Translations under genes and position numbers: made by a program
Shown here: piece by piece, positions 40,682-50,849 of the stretch
How the letters are laid out: every line of letters starts with the position of its first letter
Numbering within the stretch: the first letter of the stretch is position 1
Assembly (NCBI GenBank): GCA_045629225.1
Contig: JAZQQU010000062.1
Span: 33,867 to 97,866, forward strand
DNA length: 64,000 bases
Origin: Bacteroidales bacterium
Lineage (GTDB): Bacteria; Bacteroidota; Bacteroidia; Bacteroidales; UBA3663
Reading direction: 5' to 3'
Notes under the pieces: generated by a model
What the model saw: only the letters and a program-made list of their open reading frames with translations
Told to the model about the DNA's origin: nothing
Databases searched by the model: none

Positions 40682-41665
40682 TCAGATTGAGAGCACGCGG
40701 AGCACACTGAGCAGCTCTGGATCGATAGGTTTGTCGTTCTTGATAGCCTTGGCGAATGGGATGTTGACGATGTGGTCGTTGTGAATGCCAATGAGCACGT
40801 TACGCTGACCCTGCATCAAAGCCTCGACAGCAGCATAGCCAGTGCGGCTGGCCAGAATTCGGTCAGCAGCGGTGGGCGAGCCTCCACGCTGCAGGTGGCC
40901 TAGGATGGAGCAACGCACGTCGTAGTCAGGGAATTCCTCCTTCATCTTCTGAGCCAGGCCCATGGCTCCTCCATTGGGATCCTTGCTCTCAGTCACGATG
41001 ACCATTGCTGAAGACTTTGACTTACGGAAGCCATTGGCCACCAATTCCTTCAGCTGCTCGTACTGAGTCTTCTCCTCAGGGATGATCACATCCTCGCAAC
41101 CCGTGGCGATAGCACCATTCAGAGCGAGGAAGCCTGCGTCGCGACCCATGACTTCGATGAAGAAGAGTCGGGCATGCGAGGTGGCAGTGTCGCGAATCTT
41201 ATCAACGCAGTCCATGATGGTGTTCATGGCAGTGTCATAACCAATGGTGGAGTCAGTACCTGCCAGGTCGTTGTCAATAGTGCCAGGCAAGCCCACGATG
41301 GGCACATCATACTCCTTGGCCAAATAAGAAGCGCCGGTGATCGAACCGTCACCACCAATTACAACCAGGGCGTCGATGCCATGTTTCTGCATGTTCTCGT
41401 ATGCCTTGGCACGACCCTCGGGAGTCTTGAACTCCTGCGAACGAGCGGTCTTGAGGATAGTGCCACCTCGCGAGATGATGTTGCTGACGTTCTGTGTCTT
41501 GAATTCTTCGATCTTGTCTTCGATAAGGCCTTGATAGCCCTTACGAATACCATACACGCGCAAACCATTGTAAATTGCCGCACGGGTGACAGCGCGGATG
41601 GCTGCATTCATACCAGGGGCATCACCACCGCTGGTGAGGATGCCAATGCTTTTGATCTCTGCCAT
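40682..41665 (-). CDS. pfkA: ATP-dependent 6-phosphofructokinase
   Basis: [18 protein letters not shown] and whole-length PfkA resemblance. Confidence 0.92.
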   Translation of the reverse strand: MAEIKSIGILTSGGDAPGMNAAIRAVTRAAIYNGLRVYGIRKGYQGLIEDKIEEFKTQNVSNIISRGGTILKTARSQEFKTPEGRAKAYENMQKHGIDALVVIGGDGSITGASYLAKEYDVPIVGLPGTIDNDLAGTDSTIGYDTAMNTIMDCVDKIRDTATSHARLFFIEVMGRDAGFLALNGAIATGCEDVIIPEEKTQYEQLKELVANGFRKSKSSAMVIVTESKDPNGGAMGLAQKMKEEFPDYDVRCSILGHLQRGGSPTAADRILASRTGYAAVEALMQGQRNVLIGIHNDHIVNIPFAKAIKNDKPIDPELLSVLRVLSI

Positions 41666-41797
41666 AGTAGAAATGATAGAAAAAAATTATGAAAGAGCGA
41701 AACTAGAGTATCGGCCGCATGTACATTCGTCCGGATAACCTAAATTCCGAATATCTTGATATCCTAGAATCCAGCAATTACTTTCTTTTGCATGAAT

Positions 41798-42646
41798 TCA
41801 GTTCATTAACTTCTCAAAGACCGCTTCCATCTGCCACTTCGGTGTGGAGGTGGCTCCACAGATGCCTACGGTCTGTGCTCCTTCAACCATCTCGGATGTT
41901 ACCTCCTCAGGATGGCTGACGAAATAGGAACGAGGATTTGCCTCATGGCACACTCCAAAGAGTGCTTTGCCATTGCTTGACTTCTTGCCACTCACAAAGA
42001 GCACCACGTCATGCTGGCGAGCGAACTCTCGAAGGTGTGGGATGCGATTGGCCACCTGACGACAGATGGTGTCACGATACTGGAAGTCTTCACTGCGGGT
42101 CATCCGCGAACTCATAGTCTCGGCAAGCTGGCGAAAAGTATCGACGGGCATGGTGGTCTGGCTGAACAGACGAATGGGACGACTGAAATCAACCTTTTCG
42201 AGATCCTGTTCGCCTTCAAGCACGATGGCTGTACCATCGGTCTGCCCTACAAGTCCGTTGACCTCAGCGTGGCCCTTCTTGCCATAGATGACAATCTGGA
42301 CACGTGGCTCGAGGTCGTACACCTGCTTAATGCGACGCTGCAGCTGAAGCACGACAGGGCAGGTGGCGTCGATCACCTCAATGCCATTGCGCTCAGCCAT
42401 CCGGTAGGTGGTAGGCGGCTCGCCGTGAGCACGGAAGAGGACACGCGTGTGGCGTAACTGACTCATCTGCCCGTGGTCGATGGTGCAGAGGCCCATCTGC
42501 TCCAGACGTGACACCTCCTCACTGTTGTGCACGATGTCACCCAGGCAATAGAGTCGGTCAGCCTCGGCCAACTGCTCCTCAGCCTTGCGAATGGCGCTCA
42601 CCACTCCTGGGCAGAAGCCGCTATTTTGATCTACAGTTACTTTCAT
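41798..42646 (-). CDS. ispH: 4-hydroxy-3-methylbut-2-enyl diphosphate reductase
   Basis: N-terminal SGFCPGVVSAI and IspH/LytB length and pattern. Confidence 0.9.
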   Translation of the reverse strand: MKVTVDQNSGFCPGVVSAIRKAEEQLAEADRLYCLGDIVHNSEEVSRLEQMGLCTIDHGQMSQLRHTRVLFRAHGEPPTTYRMAERNGIEVIDATCPVVLQLQRRIKQVYDLEPRVQIVIYGKKGHAEVNGLVGQTDGTAIVLEGEQDLEKVDFSRPIRLFSQTTMPVDTFRQLAETMSSRMTRSEDFQYRDTICRQVANRIPHLREFARQHDVVLFVSGKKSSNGKALFGVCHEANPRSYFVSHPEEVTSEMVEGAQTVGICGATSTPKWQMEAVFEKLMN

Positions 42647-42855
42647 GAAGTTGATAGGTATGAAGAGTTTGAGGAGTTCGAGAAGTTCGAAGAGTTTGAG
42701 GATTTTGAGGGGGGGGGTGAATAGTTTGAAGAGTTTGTGAAGTTCGAAGGGGTTGAAAAGCTGATGGGTTCGAAGGTGTTGAGGATTTAAGAATGGGATT
42801 GAGGTGAAATTATTGGTGGAGCACTTTCAAAACCTTTCAAACTCTTCAAAATTTT

Positions 42856-43545
42856 TCAAAGCCTCTCTTCCACCCACTGTCGCAACAACTCGTTTTGCTC
42901 GGGGATGGTCATGTTCGAGTTATCGAGCAATAGAGCATCTTCGGCCTGACGCAAAGGCGATACATCACGATGCGAGTCGATGTAGTCGCGCTCCTCTACG
43001 TTACGCAGCACCTCTTCGAAAGTGGTGGTGGTATCGCCCTTGCTCTGCAGTTCGGCCAGACGACGCTGGGCTCGCACCTCAGCACTTGCGGTAACGAATA
43101 CCTTGAGCTCGGCATGAGGAAATACGACGGTTCCGATGTCGCGGCCATCCATCACAATGCCGCCCTCCAGTCCCATCTGCTGCTGCAGAGCCACCATGCG
43201 TTCGCGCACAAAGGGCAGGGCAGCAATGGGACTCACACAACTGCTCACCGTCATCTGACGGATCTCCTGCTCAACGACCTCGCCATTGAGCATTGTTTGT
43301 ATGCGGCCCTCGGCATCGATAGTGAACGAAATGACCACCTGCTCGATCTGCTGCTCAAGGCCAGTTTCGTCAATCTGCTTCGACTCAGCATCCATCAGTC
43401 CATGACGAAGGGCATAAAGAGTAACAGCGCGGTACATGGCACCAGTATCGACATAGATGTAGCCCAGGTCAGCTGCCAACTTCTTGGCCATAGTGCTCTT
43501 GCCACAGCTGGAATGGCCATCAATGGCTATAGTAATCTTTTTCAT
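42856..43545 (-). CDS. cmk: cytidylate kinase
   Basis: [14 protein letters not shown]-loop and Cmk pattern. Confidence 0.92.
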   Translation of the reverse strand: MKKITIAIDGHSSCGKSTMAKKLAADLGYIYVDTGAMYRAVTLYALRHGLMDAESKQIDETGLEQQIEQVVISFTIDAEGRIQTMLNGEVVEQEIRQMTVSSCVSPIAALPFVRERMVALQQQMGLEGGIVMDGRDIGTVVFPHAELKVFVTASAEVRAQRRLAELQSKGDTTTTFEEVLRNVEERDYIDSHRDVSPLRQAEDALLLDNSNMTIPEQNELLRQWVEERL

Positions 43546-43588
43546 TGCTTGATTTATCTATTTTTGTTCAAATTCGCTATTAATATAT

Positions 43589-44605
43589 TTAAAATGTGTA
43601 GCCAAACTGAAAGGCAAGGCTTCCATCAGCAGCATTGGTGCTGGCATAAGCCACCTGGAAGCCCATATGGTTGTAACGAAGGCCGGCACCAAGAGCCACA
43701 CCGCGCAAGAAACCGCCTTGGCCACGGAAACGAGCCTGATTACGATAATTGTAGGAGGCAGCCAGCCAAAAGTGCTCCACACCACTCCACTCGATTCCAA
43801 ATATCATGTGATTAAGCACCTGTTCTGCGTTCTTGAACGTGTGTCTCTCCCCTTGGCCATCAAGGTAGTCATGATCCCAGTCGAGCAGACGATAACCCGT
43901 GACAGACACGGTGAAAGGCAGATGTTGCAACTCCTTGCTCCATCCCACATTGACCTGCGAAGGCAGATGTTGCGAACGGCCATCATCGTATAGTGCCTTG
44001 AGCTGCGTGCCCAAATTGGTGGCAGTGACCGAGAAAGCATTGCCTGTTGCTTCGTTGTAGTAGCTGGCACCAAGATCTATACCCATGGCGAAGGCCGAAT
44101 AGCTCTCGTAGGTGGTGTACAACAACTTCGCCTGTGCACCAATGCGCCAGAGGTCGTTGATGGGATAACCAACGGCGCCCTCCAGACAAAAGTCCTTCAC
44201 GCCGAAGCTCCCCGTAGCTATACCTTCCTCGGTGTAGCCAGCAAAGTCACCATAATCCACGAATCGCATACCTACAGACCAGGCACCCACCTCGTTCAGT
44301 TCACCAGCATAACCAGCATAGCCCAGGTTGATGTCTGAGACGTAGCTCATGTACGAGAGGGAGAGCTGACCAGCCATCTGTGGACAGAGCAGGGCTGGAT
44401 TCTGTTCGGCCAACGACAGTTCGGGCTCCACCACACTGATGCTGGTACCGCCCAGCGCCAGAGCACGAGGCGAAACAGGGAGCTCAAGGTAACCATAACC
44501 ATCGACCTCCTGTGCATGCACGCCAAGTGGGCACAAGCAATACAAAAGGAGCAGCAGGAATGCGTTTATGTCCAAACTGCTATGTCGGGATTTCGTTTTC
44601 TGCAT
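43589..44605 (-). CDS. porQ: outer-membrane beta-barrel protein, probable T9SS component PorQ
   Basis: About 340 aa, signal peptide, early ...SPRALALGGTSIS motif, terminal aromatic residue. The porQ-cmk-ispH order matches what I recall from Porphyromonas. Confidence 0.5.
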   Translation of the reverse strand: MQKTKSRHSSLDINAFLLLLLYCLCPLGVHAQEVDGYGYLELPVSPRALALGGTSISVVEPELSLAEQNPALLCPQMAGQLSLSYMSYVSDINLGYAGYAGELNEVGAWSVGMRFVDYGDFAGYTEEGIATGSFGVKDFCLEGAVGYPINDLWRIGAQAKLLYTTYESYSAFAMGIDLGASYYNEATGNAFSVTATNLGTQLKALYDDGRSQHLPSQVNVGWSKELQHLPFTVSVTGYRLLDWDHDYLDGQGERHTFKNAEQVLNHMIFGIEWSGVEHFWLAASYNYRNQARFRGQGGFLRGVALGAGLRYNHMGFQVAYASTNAADGSLAFQFGYTF

Positions 44606-44657
44606 TAGTTACGTAATTAGCACGACCAAATAACGCGATTTTCACTAAAAAAGTATG

Positions 44658-44665
44658 CAAAAGTA
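44658..44665 (-). promoter_or_regulatory. -7 box for the porQ-cmk-ispH-pfkA string
   Basis: Minus strand reads TACTTTTG, about 53 nt upstream of the ATG at 44605. Confidence 0.45.
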
Positions 44666-44748
44666 CCTTTTTTTCGTGTGAAAAGCAATTTTTTCGCCCA
44701 AAAAAGTAAAAAAATAGCTGTTTTTTTTGGTTGTAATGAAAAAAATGC

Positions 44749-44756
44749 CTACTTTT
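44749..44756 (+). promoter_or_regulatory. -7 box for tonB
   Basis: TACTTTTG with TTTG exactly 20 nt upstream (44725-44728). Confidence 0.6.
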
Positions 44757-44788
44757 GTGGTGAGTTTTTAACCAAATAAACACAAATC

Positions 44789-45487
44789 ATGGAAATCAAG
44801 AAAGACCCCCAAGTAGATCTTGAGCCAAGAAAAACAACCTATGCGCTCACAGGTCTTGTCGGCATTCTTGCGATCCTCTTCATTGCTTTCGAGTGGACTA
44901 ACGCCACTTACCGCACCATCAACCGCGGAGCCGGTGATGCAGTATTTGAGGAAGAGGAAGAGATCGTAATGACAGTACAGAATACCCCACCACCTCCACC
45001 ACCACCGCCTCCAATGCCAGACGTAATCGAGCAGCTCACCGTCGTAGAAGATGACGTTGAGGTAGCTGAGATTGAGATGGAGAGTGCTGAGGACGGCAAC
45101 GACGTTATCATCGAGATCACCAACACTGTTGAGGAGACTGGTCCAGTTGAGGAGGAGGATGCTGAGGCAAACACCATCTTCACCGTCGTAGAGGACGAGC
45201 CAGAGTTCCCTGGCGGCACCAAGGCTCTGATGGAGTTCATCAGCAAGAACCTTCGCTACCCTGCATTCGCAGCTGAGAATGGCATTCAGGGTCGTGTAAC
45301 CCTTTCGTTCGTCGTTGAGAAGGACGGTTCTGTTACCGACATCCAGGAAATGCGTTCACCATCTGAGGACCTTACCAAGGAAGCTAAGCGCGTTGTTCAG
45401 TCAATGCCTAAGTGGAAGCCAGGTAAGCAGCGTGGCAAACCGGTACGTGTAAAGTACATGCTGCCTGTAACCTTCCGTCTGCAGTAA
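44789..45487 (+). CDS. tonB: energy transducer TonB
   Basis: N-terminal anchor helix, a run of nine prolines then MP (PPPPPPPPPMP), and a C-terminal TonB domain (PEFPGG...GIQGRVTLSFVVEKDGSV). Confidence 0.85.
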   Translation: MEIKKDPQVDLEPRKTTYALTGLVGILAILFIAFEWTNATYRTINRGAGDAVFEEEEEIVMTVQNTPPPPPPPPPMPDVIEQLTVVEDDVEVAEIEMESAEDGNDVIIEITNTVEETGPVEEEDAEANTIFTVVEDEPEFPGGTKALMEFISKNLRYPAFAAENGIQGRVTLSFVVEKDGSVTDIQEMRSPSEDLTKEAKRVVQSMPKWKPGKQRGKPVRVKYMLPVTFRLQ

Positions 45488-45493
45488 TCATAC

Positions 45494-45540
45494 GTAAGCC
45501 AGCCTGAGCATTCCGCACCTCACGGCTGGCTTACTTATAA
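45494..45540 (+). terminator. hairpin terminator after tonB
   Basis: GTAAGCCAGCC pairs with GGCTGGCTTAC in an 11-bp stem, followed by TTATAATT. Confidence 0.55.
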
Positions 45541-45589
45541 TTACACTTCATTACTTTAGAATCAGAATCGTTCCATCGAAGAAACAAGT

Positions 45590-46585
45590 ATGAAAACACA
45601 AATCGAACTCAACAATCTCATCCAAGAGGGGATCAACAGCCTCGCATACCCACCTACCGCCTCCAGTCTGTACGAACCAGTACGCTACACTCTGGCCACC
45701 GGCGGCAAGCGCCTGCGTCCTACGCTGGTTCTCATTGCTGCCAACCTCTATACAGAGGATCTGACATCGGCCATCAAGCCGACGCTTGGCATAGAGATGT
45801 ACCACAACTACACCTTGCTCCACGATGACGTGATGGACAAGGCTTTGGAACGTCGTGGCCGTTCGACTGTGCATGTGAAATGGAACGAAAACCAAGCCAT
45901 CCTTTCAGGCGATGCGATGGTAGGCTTGGCTTATCAATACATCAGCGAGTCACCTATCCGCGCATTGAAACCCATCCTCGACACCTTCAACAAGATGCAT
46001 CAGGAAATCTGTCAGGGGCAGCAGTACGACATGGAATTCGAAACACGCAATGACGTAACCATTGCTGAATATCTCGAAATGATTCGTCTCAAGACCTCTG
46101 TGCTTCTGGGCCGTGCTCTGCAGATCGGCGCCTACATCGGTCAGGACAAGGCATACGGTAACCTCACAGAATTGGGAGTGAAGCGTTACGAGCGTCTGGA
46201 CAAGGACATCGAGATTCTGTACAAGTTTGGTGAGAACCTCGGACTGGCATTCCAGCTGCAGGACGACTGGCTGGACTGCTGGGGTGACCCGCGCACCTTC
46301 GGCAAAAAAATTGGTGGTGACATTCTACAAAACAAGAAGACCTTTCTGCGCATCACTGCGCTGAAGAATGCACAGGAACCCGACACCAAGGGCATGACTG
46401 ACGAGGAGAAGATCGAAGCCTATAAGACCTATTACAAGAAGTCGGGAGCCGAGAAGGCTTGTCGTCAGGCCATTGCACACTATCATCAGGAGGCACTGAG
46501 AGCACTCAACCAGGTGAATGTGCCATCTGAGAAGCTCAAGCTCCTGAAGGAACTGGCTGCTAAGCTCGAGAATCGTAACGTATAA
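45590..46585 (+). CDS. polyprenyl diphosphate synthase
   Basis: First and second aspartate-rich motifs (LLHDDVMD, QLQDDWLD). Confidence 0.85.
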   Translation: MKTQIELNNLIQEGINSLAYPPTASSLYEPVRYTLATGGKRLRPTLVLIAANLYTEDLTSAIKPTLGIEMYHNYTLLHDDVMDKALERRGRSTVHVKWNENQAILSGDAMVGLAYQYISESPIRALKPILDTFNKMHQEICQGQQYDMEFETRNDVTIAEYLEMIRLKTSVLLGRALQIGAYIGQDKAYGNLTELGVKRYERLDKDIEILYKFGENLGLAFQLQDDWLDCWGDPRTFGKKIGGDILQNKKTFLRITALKNAQEPDTKGMTDEEKIEAYKTYYKKSGAEKACRQAIAHYHQEALRALNQVNVPSEKLKLLKELAAKLENRNV

Positions 46586-46600
46586 ACGCAAGAGAGAAAA

Positions 46601-47332
46601 ATGCCCTATCGCAGACTTCCCAATACAGATCTTACACGTATCGCAGCCCTTCAAAAAGCTGTGAATATGGAAGGACACAAGGAAAACGGACAACTGGTGC
46701 TGAGCTACCAGACCATCCGCGATGCCCAACAATTGCTGAGCAAGTTCAGCAGCATCCAACGACAGTACCAGCAGTACCATGACCAATTCTTAAAGCTGAG
46801 TAAGGGTTATCGCGAGGAAGAACACACTGCCAGGATGTACGTTTCGCACTTCATCCAGGTACTCAACATGACCATTGCACGAGGCGAACTGCGTGCCGAC
46901 ATTAAGAAGATCTACGAGCTGGATCCAGAATCAGACAAGCTCCCCACGCTCAAACACGAAGACGATTTGGCAAAATGGGGTGAAACAATCATCCGAGGTG
47001 AAGAGACTCGCATTGCTCATGGTGGTGTCCCCATCTACAATCCGAACATCGCCAAGGTCAAGGTACACTACAGCATCTTTGCCGAACGATACTACAGCAT
47101 CAAAACCCTGCGACAGAATGCCGCCAAGCATCTGGAGGAGATAACAAGCATGCGTCCGATGGTCGATGACTTACTGGAAGACATCTGGAACCAGGTCGAA
47201 AATTTCTATATGGATCTTCCCCTAGGTCTTCGTATCCAGAAGTGTTCTCAGTTCGGTCTGATCTACTACGTGCGTCAGAGCGAGAAACGCAAGATTGAAG
47301 CCGAGAAGATGCAGAGCTCGCTAGACTTCTGA
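46601..47332 (+). CDS. conserved hypothetical protein
   Basis: 243-aa ORF tightly packed between two genes; no motif I can name. Confidence 0.5.
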   Translation: MPYRRLPNTDLTRIAALQKAVNMEGHKENGQLVLSYQTIRDAQQLLSKFSSIQRQYQQYHDQFLKLSKGYREEEHTARMYVSHFIQVLNMTIARGELRADIKKIYELDPESDKLPTLKHEDDLAKWGETIIRGEETRIAHGGVPIYNPNIAKVKVHYSIFAERYYSIKTLRQNAAKHLEEITSMRPMVDDLLEDIWNQVENFYMDLPLGLRIQKCSQFGLIYYVRQSEKRKIEAEKMQSSLDF

Positions 47333-47397
47333 TCCAGGTTATCCTGCATAAAAAAATGCAAAATATAGCATTTAGTATTTATTACTTAGTTTTCCTC

Positions 47398-48192
47398 ATG
47401 ATAATCGACACCCATTGTCACCTCACCGATGCGGCCTTCACTGAAGATGTGGAGGCCTGTATTGTCAATGCCCAAGCCGCAGGTGTGTGCAAAATGATGC
47501 AAGCATGCTGCGACGAAACAGAATTTCCTCTTATCCTCGAACTGTCGCACAAGCATCCTGGAGTACTATACTCTTCGATCGGCATCCACCCCGAGAACCT
47601 CAACATAGATATCGAAAACCAACTGCAGAAGACTTACCGACTATTGACTGAATACCATCAAGAGATTCACGCCATTGGCGAGGTTGGCATCGACCTCTAT
47701 TGGGACAAAAGCCGTCTCGACGAACAGCTTAAAGCCCTCACCCAGCAGATACTGTGGGCCGCAGAGTACAATCTGCCTGTGCTGCTTCACATACGAGATG
47801 CCATGCCGCAGTTCCTTGAACTGATGCGTATACATATATATAATATATTAAAGGAGCAAGGACGCACTTTGCACGCTATACTGCACTGCTACAGCGGCAC
47901 AGCCGAAGAAGCGATGGAAGTATTGAAGTATGGAGACTTTCTGTTCGGCATCGGAGGCACTTTGACATACAAAAAGAGCAAAATACCCGACGTAGTGAAA
48001 GCCATCGGACTGGAAAGGATTGTGCTCGAAACCGATGCCCCCTATCTGGCACCCGTCCCACACCGAGGCAAGCGCAACGAGCCCGCCTACACAGCAGTCA
48101 CCGCACAATTCTTATCCAATTTGCTCGAAGTGCCATTGACGGAGGTTGAACGCATCACTACAGCAAACGCCACACGTATACTCAGCCTTTAA
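47398..48192 (+). CDS. TatD-family metal-dependent hydrolase
   Basis: MIIDTHCHL start, EVGIDLYW and ETDAPYL motifs. Confidence 0.85.
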   Translation: MIIDTHCHLTDAAFTEDVEACIVNAQAAGVCKMMQACCDETEFPLILELSHKHPGVLYSSIGIHPENLNIDIENQLQKTYRLLTEYHQEIHAIGEVGIDLYWDKSRLDEQLKALTQQILWAAEYNLPVLLHIRDAMPQFLELMRIHIYNILKEQGRTLHAILHCYSGTAEEAMEVLKYGDFLFGIGGTLTYKKSKIPDVVKAIGLERIVLETDAPYLAPVPHRGKRNEPAYTAVTAQFLSNLLEVPLTEVERITTANATRILSL

Positions 48193-48323
48193 TATCGACG
48201 AAAGTGCACTTTTTATCGACGAAAATAATGCCCAAAAACATATTTTTGGTCAAAAAACACAAAAAAAGCACCCACAAAGCTAACAAAATTGCAAAAAAAT
48301 TTGCACGTTAATGCGAAAAGCAC

Positions 48324-48331
48324 TATATTTG
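48324..48331 (+). promoter_or_regulatory. -7 box for the exbB-exbD operon
   Basis: TATATTTG with TTTG exactly 20 nt upstream (48300-48303). Confidence 0.6.
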
Positions 48332-48388
48332 CACTCGTTATAATTCATATTCTAACCATTTAATAACAATTTTTTAAAAACACAACTC

Positions 48389-49108
48389 ATGAAAAAGTTT
48401 TTCTTGACACTGTCAGCTGTTGCAATGATGGCTCCAGTATTCGCTCAGGAGGCTGAGGAGGCTGTAGAGTCTGCTAACTTCCACCATGTTCTTAAGGGTC
48501 AGTTCATCGATGGTGGTCCTACCTTCATGGCATTCGTTGCTCTTGCCCTCGTTCTCGGTATGGCATTCGTTATCGAGCGTATCATCTACTTGAACCTTGC
48601 TGAGGTTAACACAAAGAAGCTCGTTGCTTCTGTTGAGGACGCTCTTGAGGCTAACAACGTTGACGCAGCTCTCGACATCTGCAAGAAGACTCGTGGTCCT
48701 ATCGCTTCTATCTTCACCCAGGCCCTCATCCGTTTGAAGGATGGCCAGAGCCTTGAGGATGTTGATAAGGCTATCACCTCATACGGCGCACTCCAGAGTG
48801 GCTACCTCGAGCAGAACCTCTCTTGGATCACCCTCTTCATCGCAGCCGCTCCTTCACTCGGCTTCCTTGGTACCGCTATCGGTATGATCCAGGCATTCGA
48901 CGACATCGTTAAGGCTGGTGATATCTCTCCAACAGTAGTTGCATCTGGTATGAAGGTGGCTCTTATTACTACCGTAGGTGGTATTATCGTAGCCCTTGTT
49001 CTCCAGGTATTCTACAACTATCTCCTTTCTAAGGTAGAGGGTATCGTAAGCGACATGGAGGATGCTTCTATCTCTCTCCTCGACGCTATCATCAAGCTTA
49101 AGAAGTAA
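48389..49108 (+). CDS. exbB: MotA/TolQ/ExbB proton channel
   Basis: Family helices and the LGFLGTAIGMIQAF signature. Confidence 0.85.
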   Translation: MKKFFLTLSAVAMMAPVFAQEAEEAVESANFHHVLKGQFIDGGPTFMAFVALALVLGMAFVIERIIYLNLAEVNTKKLVASVEDALEANNVDAALDICKKTRGPIASIFTQALIRLKDGQSLEDVDKAITSYGALQSGYLEQNLSWITLFIAAAPSLGFLGTAIGMIQAFDDIVKAGDISPTVVASGMKVALITTVGGIIVALVLQVFYNYLLSKVEGIVSDMEDASISLLDAIIKLKK

Positions 49109-49128
49109 TTTTAGAAAGAGACTATACA

Positions 49129-49596
49129 ATGAAAAATATTGGTAAAATCGTCCTCTGGGTAAGCTTTGCTGTTACCGCGGTGGTCGCTGGCATGTTCTTC
49201 TTCGGCGGAACGTATGAGGCAACTACCTCGACCGGCGGCATCATGGAGACACCAAACGCAACCGATACCCTGCTTTACTGGGCATACGCGTTGATCGGTT
49301 TAGGTGTGCTTGCCCTGGTGGTCTTCGCACTGAAGACCCTTGCTACTATGTTCCAGTCAGATTCTAAGGCTGCCCTCCGCTCTATTGGTGGTGTTGCTGC
49401 TTTCGTAATCCTGATGGTAGTATGCTATTTCATGAGCGGTGAGACCGAGTTCTCACGCGTCGTTAATGGTGAGGTTGAGTCATTCACTGCCACTGAGATG
49501 AAGATGATCGACATGTGGCTCTACTCAATCTATGCTCTGATCGGAGGCACTATTATCCTCGTTATCGGCTTCGGCATCAAGAAACTCATTAAATAA
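49129..49596 (+). CDS. small multi-pass membrane protein inside the exb operon
   Basis: 155 aa with four hydrophobic segments, positioned between exbB and exbD. Confidence 0.55.
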   Translation: MKNIGKIVLWVSFAVTAVVAGMFFFGGTYEATTSTGGIMETPNATDTLLYWAYALIGLGVLALVVFALKTLATMFQSDSKAALRSIGGVAAFVILMVVCYFMSGETEFSRVVNGEVESFTATEMKMIDMWLYSIYALIGGTIILVIGFGIKKLIK

Positions 49597-49606
49597 GATT
49601 TGACCT

Positions 49607-50242
49607 ATGGCAAGAAAGAAAAGAAAAGCGCCGAGCATCAACTCGTCATCAAGTGCCGACTTGGCATTTACCTTGCTTATCTTCTTCCTCGTGGTCACCT
49701 CTATGGATACTGATGAAGGTCTGTCTCGCCTCCTCCCACGTTGGGTGCCAGAGGAGCAGCAGCAGGATCAGGAAATTAAGAAGCGTAACATCCTCAATGT
49801 GATGGTTAATGCCCAGAACCAGATGCTCGTCGGTGACGACTATGTGGAGGGCAACGTCAAGCAGCAGGATGAGCAGTTGCGCAAGACTGCTAAGAACTTC
49901 ATTACCGCCCAGGCTAACTTTAGCGGAGAGCGCGGTCCTGAACTCCGCGAGGTAGATGCCGAGAAGTCTCCAGAACTTGCAAAGCTGATCTTGGCTAAGG
50001 ATCCAACCATCAAGGTTGCCAAGCAGCACGTAATTTCTCTGCAGTCTGACTACGGTACAAGCTATGAGAAGTACATCCAGGTACAGAACTCACTTGTAGC
50101 CGCATACAACGAACTGCGCCAGGAGGCCGCTCAGAAGTATTTCAACAAGAACTACAACGAAGAAGAGCTCAACAACGACGAGCTCAAGGCCCTTAAGGAC
50201 CTCTATCCAATGAACATCTCTGAGGCTAACGCCAAGTACTAA
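49607..50242 (+). CDS. exbD: ExbD/TolR-family protein (long form)
   Basis: N-terminal basic segment plus the DLAFTLLIFFLV helix typical of ExbD. Confidence 0.7.
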   Translation: MARKKRKAPSINSSSSADLAFTLLIFFLVVTSMDTDEGLSRLLPRWVPEEQQQDQEIKKRNILNVMVNAQNQMLVGDDYVEGNVKQQDEQLRKTAKNFITAQANFSGERGPELREVDAEKSPELAKLILAKDPTIKVAKQHVISLQSDYGTSYEKYIQVQNSLVAAYNELRQEAAQKYFNKNYNEEELNNDELKALKDLYPMNISEANAKY

Positions 50243-50261
50243 TTTAATCAGGAAAATCATT

Positions 50262-50711
50262 ATGAGCAAATTTAATAAAGGCGAAAAAAGAGGAATGCCT
50301 GAATTGAACACCTCATCTCTTCCTGACTTGGTGTTCTCAATTCTGTTCTTCTTCATGTGCGTAACCCACATGCGTGAGGATACTCCAATCGTAAAGGTTA
50401 ACACCCCACGTGCTGACCAGGTCACCAAGCTGGAGAACAAGTCGCTCGTTACCACCGTACTCATTGGTGTTCCTCGTGATGCCAAGTATGGTCGTGAGGA
50501 CCGCATCCAGTTCAACGACGACTTCCTCGAGCTCGAGAACGTTGTTCCTAAGATGACCCAGGCCCGTCAGGCTATGAAGGAGGCTGATCAGCCTAAGATG
50601 CAGATTTCTATGAAGATCGACCGCAACACCAAGATGGGTATTGTGACCGAGCTTAAGAAGGAGCTTCGTAAGGCACAGTGTCTGAAGATTAGCTACTCTG
50701 CCAAGAAGTAA
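50262..50711 (+). CDS. exbD: ExbD/TolR-family protein
   Basis: PDLVFSILFFFM helix and a typical ~150-aa length. Confidence 0.75.
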   Translation: MSKFNKGEKRGMPELNTSSLPDLVFSILFFFMCVTHMREDTPIVKVNTPRADQVTKLENKSLVTTVLIGVPRDAKYGREDRIQFNDDFLELENVVPKMTQARQAMKEADQPKMQISMKIDRNTKMGIVTELKKELRKAQCLKISYSAKK

Positions 50712-50741
50712 TTCGCGGCAAGCGCTCAATCAAACATAAGC

Positions 50742-50791
50742 AAAGACCGCAATCAAATCCCTTTCGCAGGGTTCTGGTTGCGGTCTTTTTT
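50742..50791 (+). terminator. intrinsic terminator of the exb operon
   Basis: AAAGACCGCAA pairs with TTGCGGTCTTT with an inner CCCT/AGGG stem, followed by a T run. Confidence 0.75.
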
Positions 50792-50849
50792 CTATTGAAA
50801 GACGCCAGATCGTTTGTATTCAAAGAACCATACACACATAGTTTGACTG

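Noticed and set aside
42970-43815. A 281-aa plus-strand ORF antisense to cmk and porQ. Similar long antisense ORFs occur at 37800..38546, 14016..14600, 57409..58017, 51381..51875 and 25248..25772.
   Set aside because: Each lies opposite a gene with strong family identity. The sequences are low-complexity, Arg/Ser/His/Val-rich antisense translations with no signals of their own. This is typical of genes with G/C-rich third codon positions.
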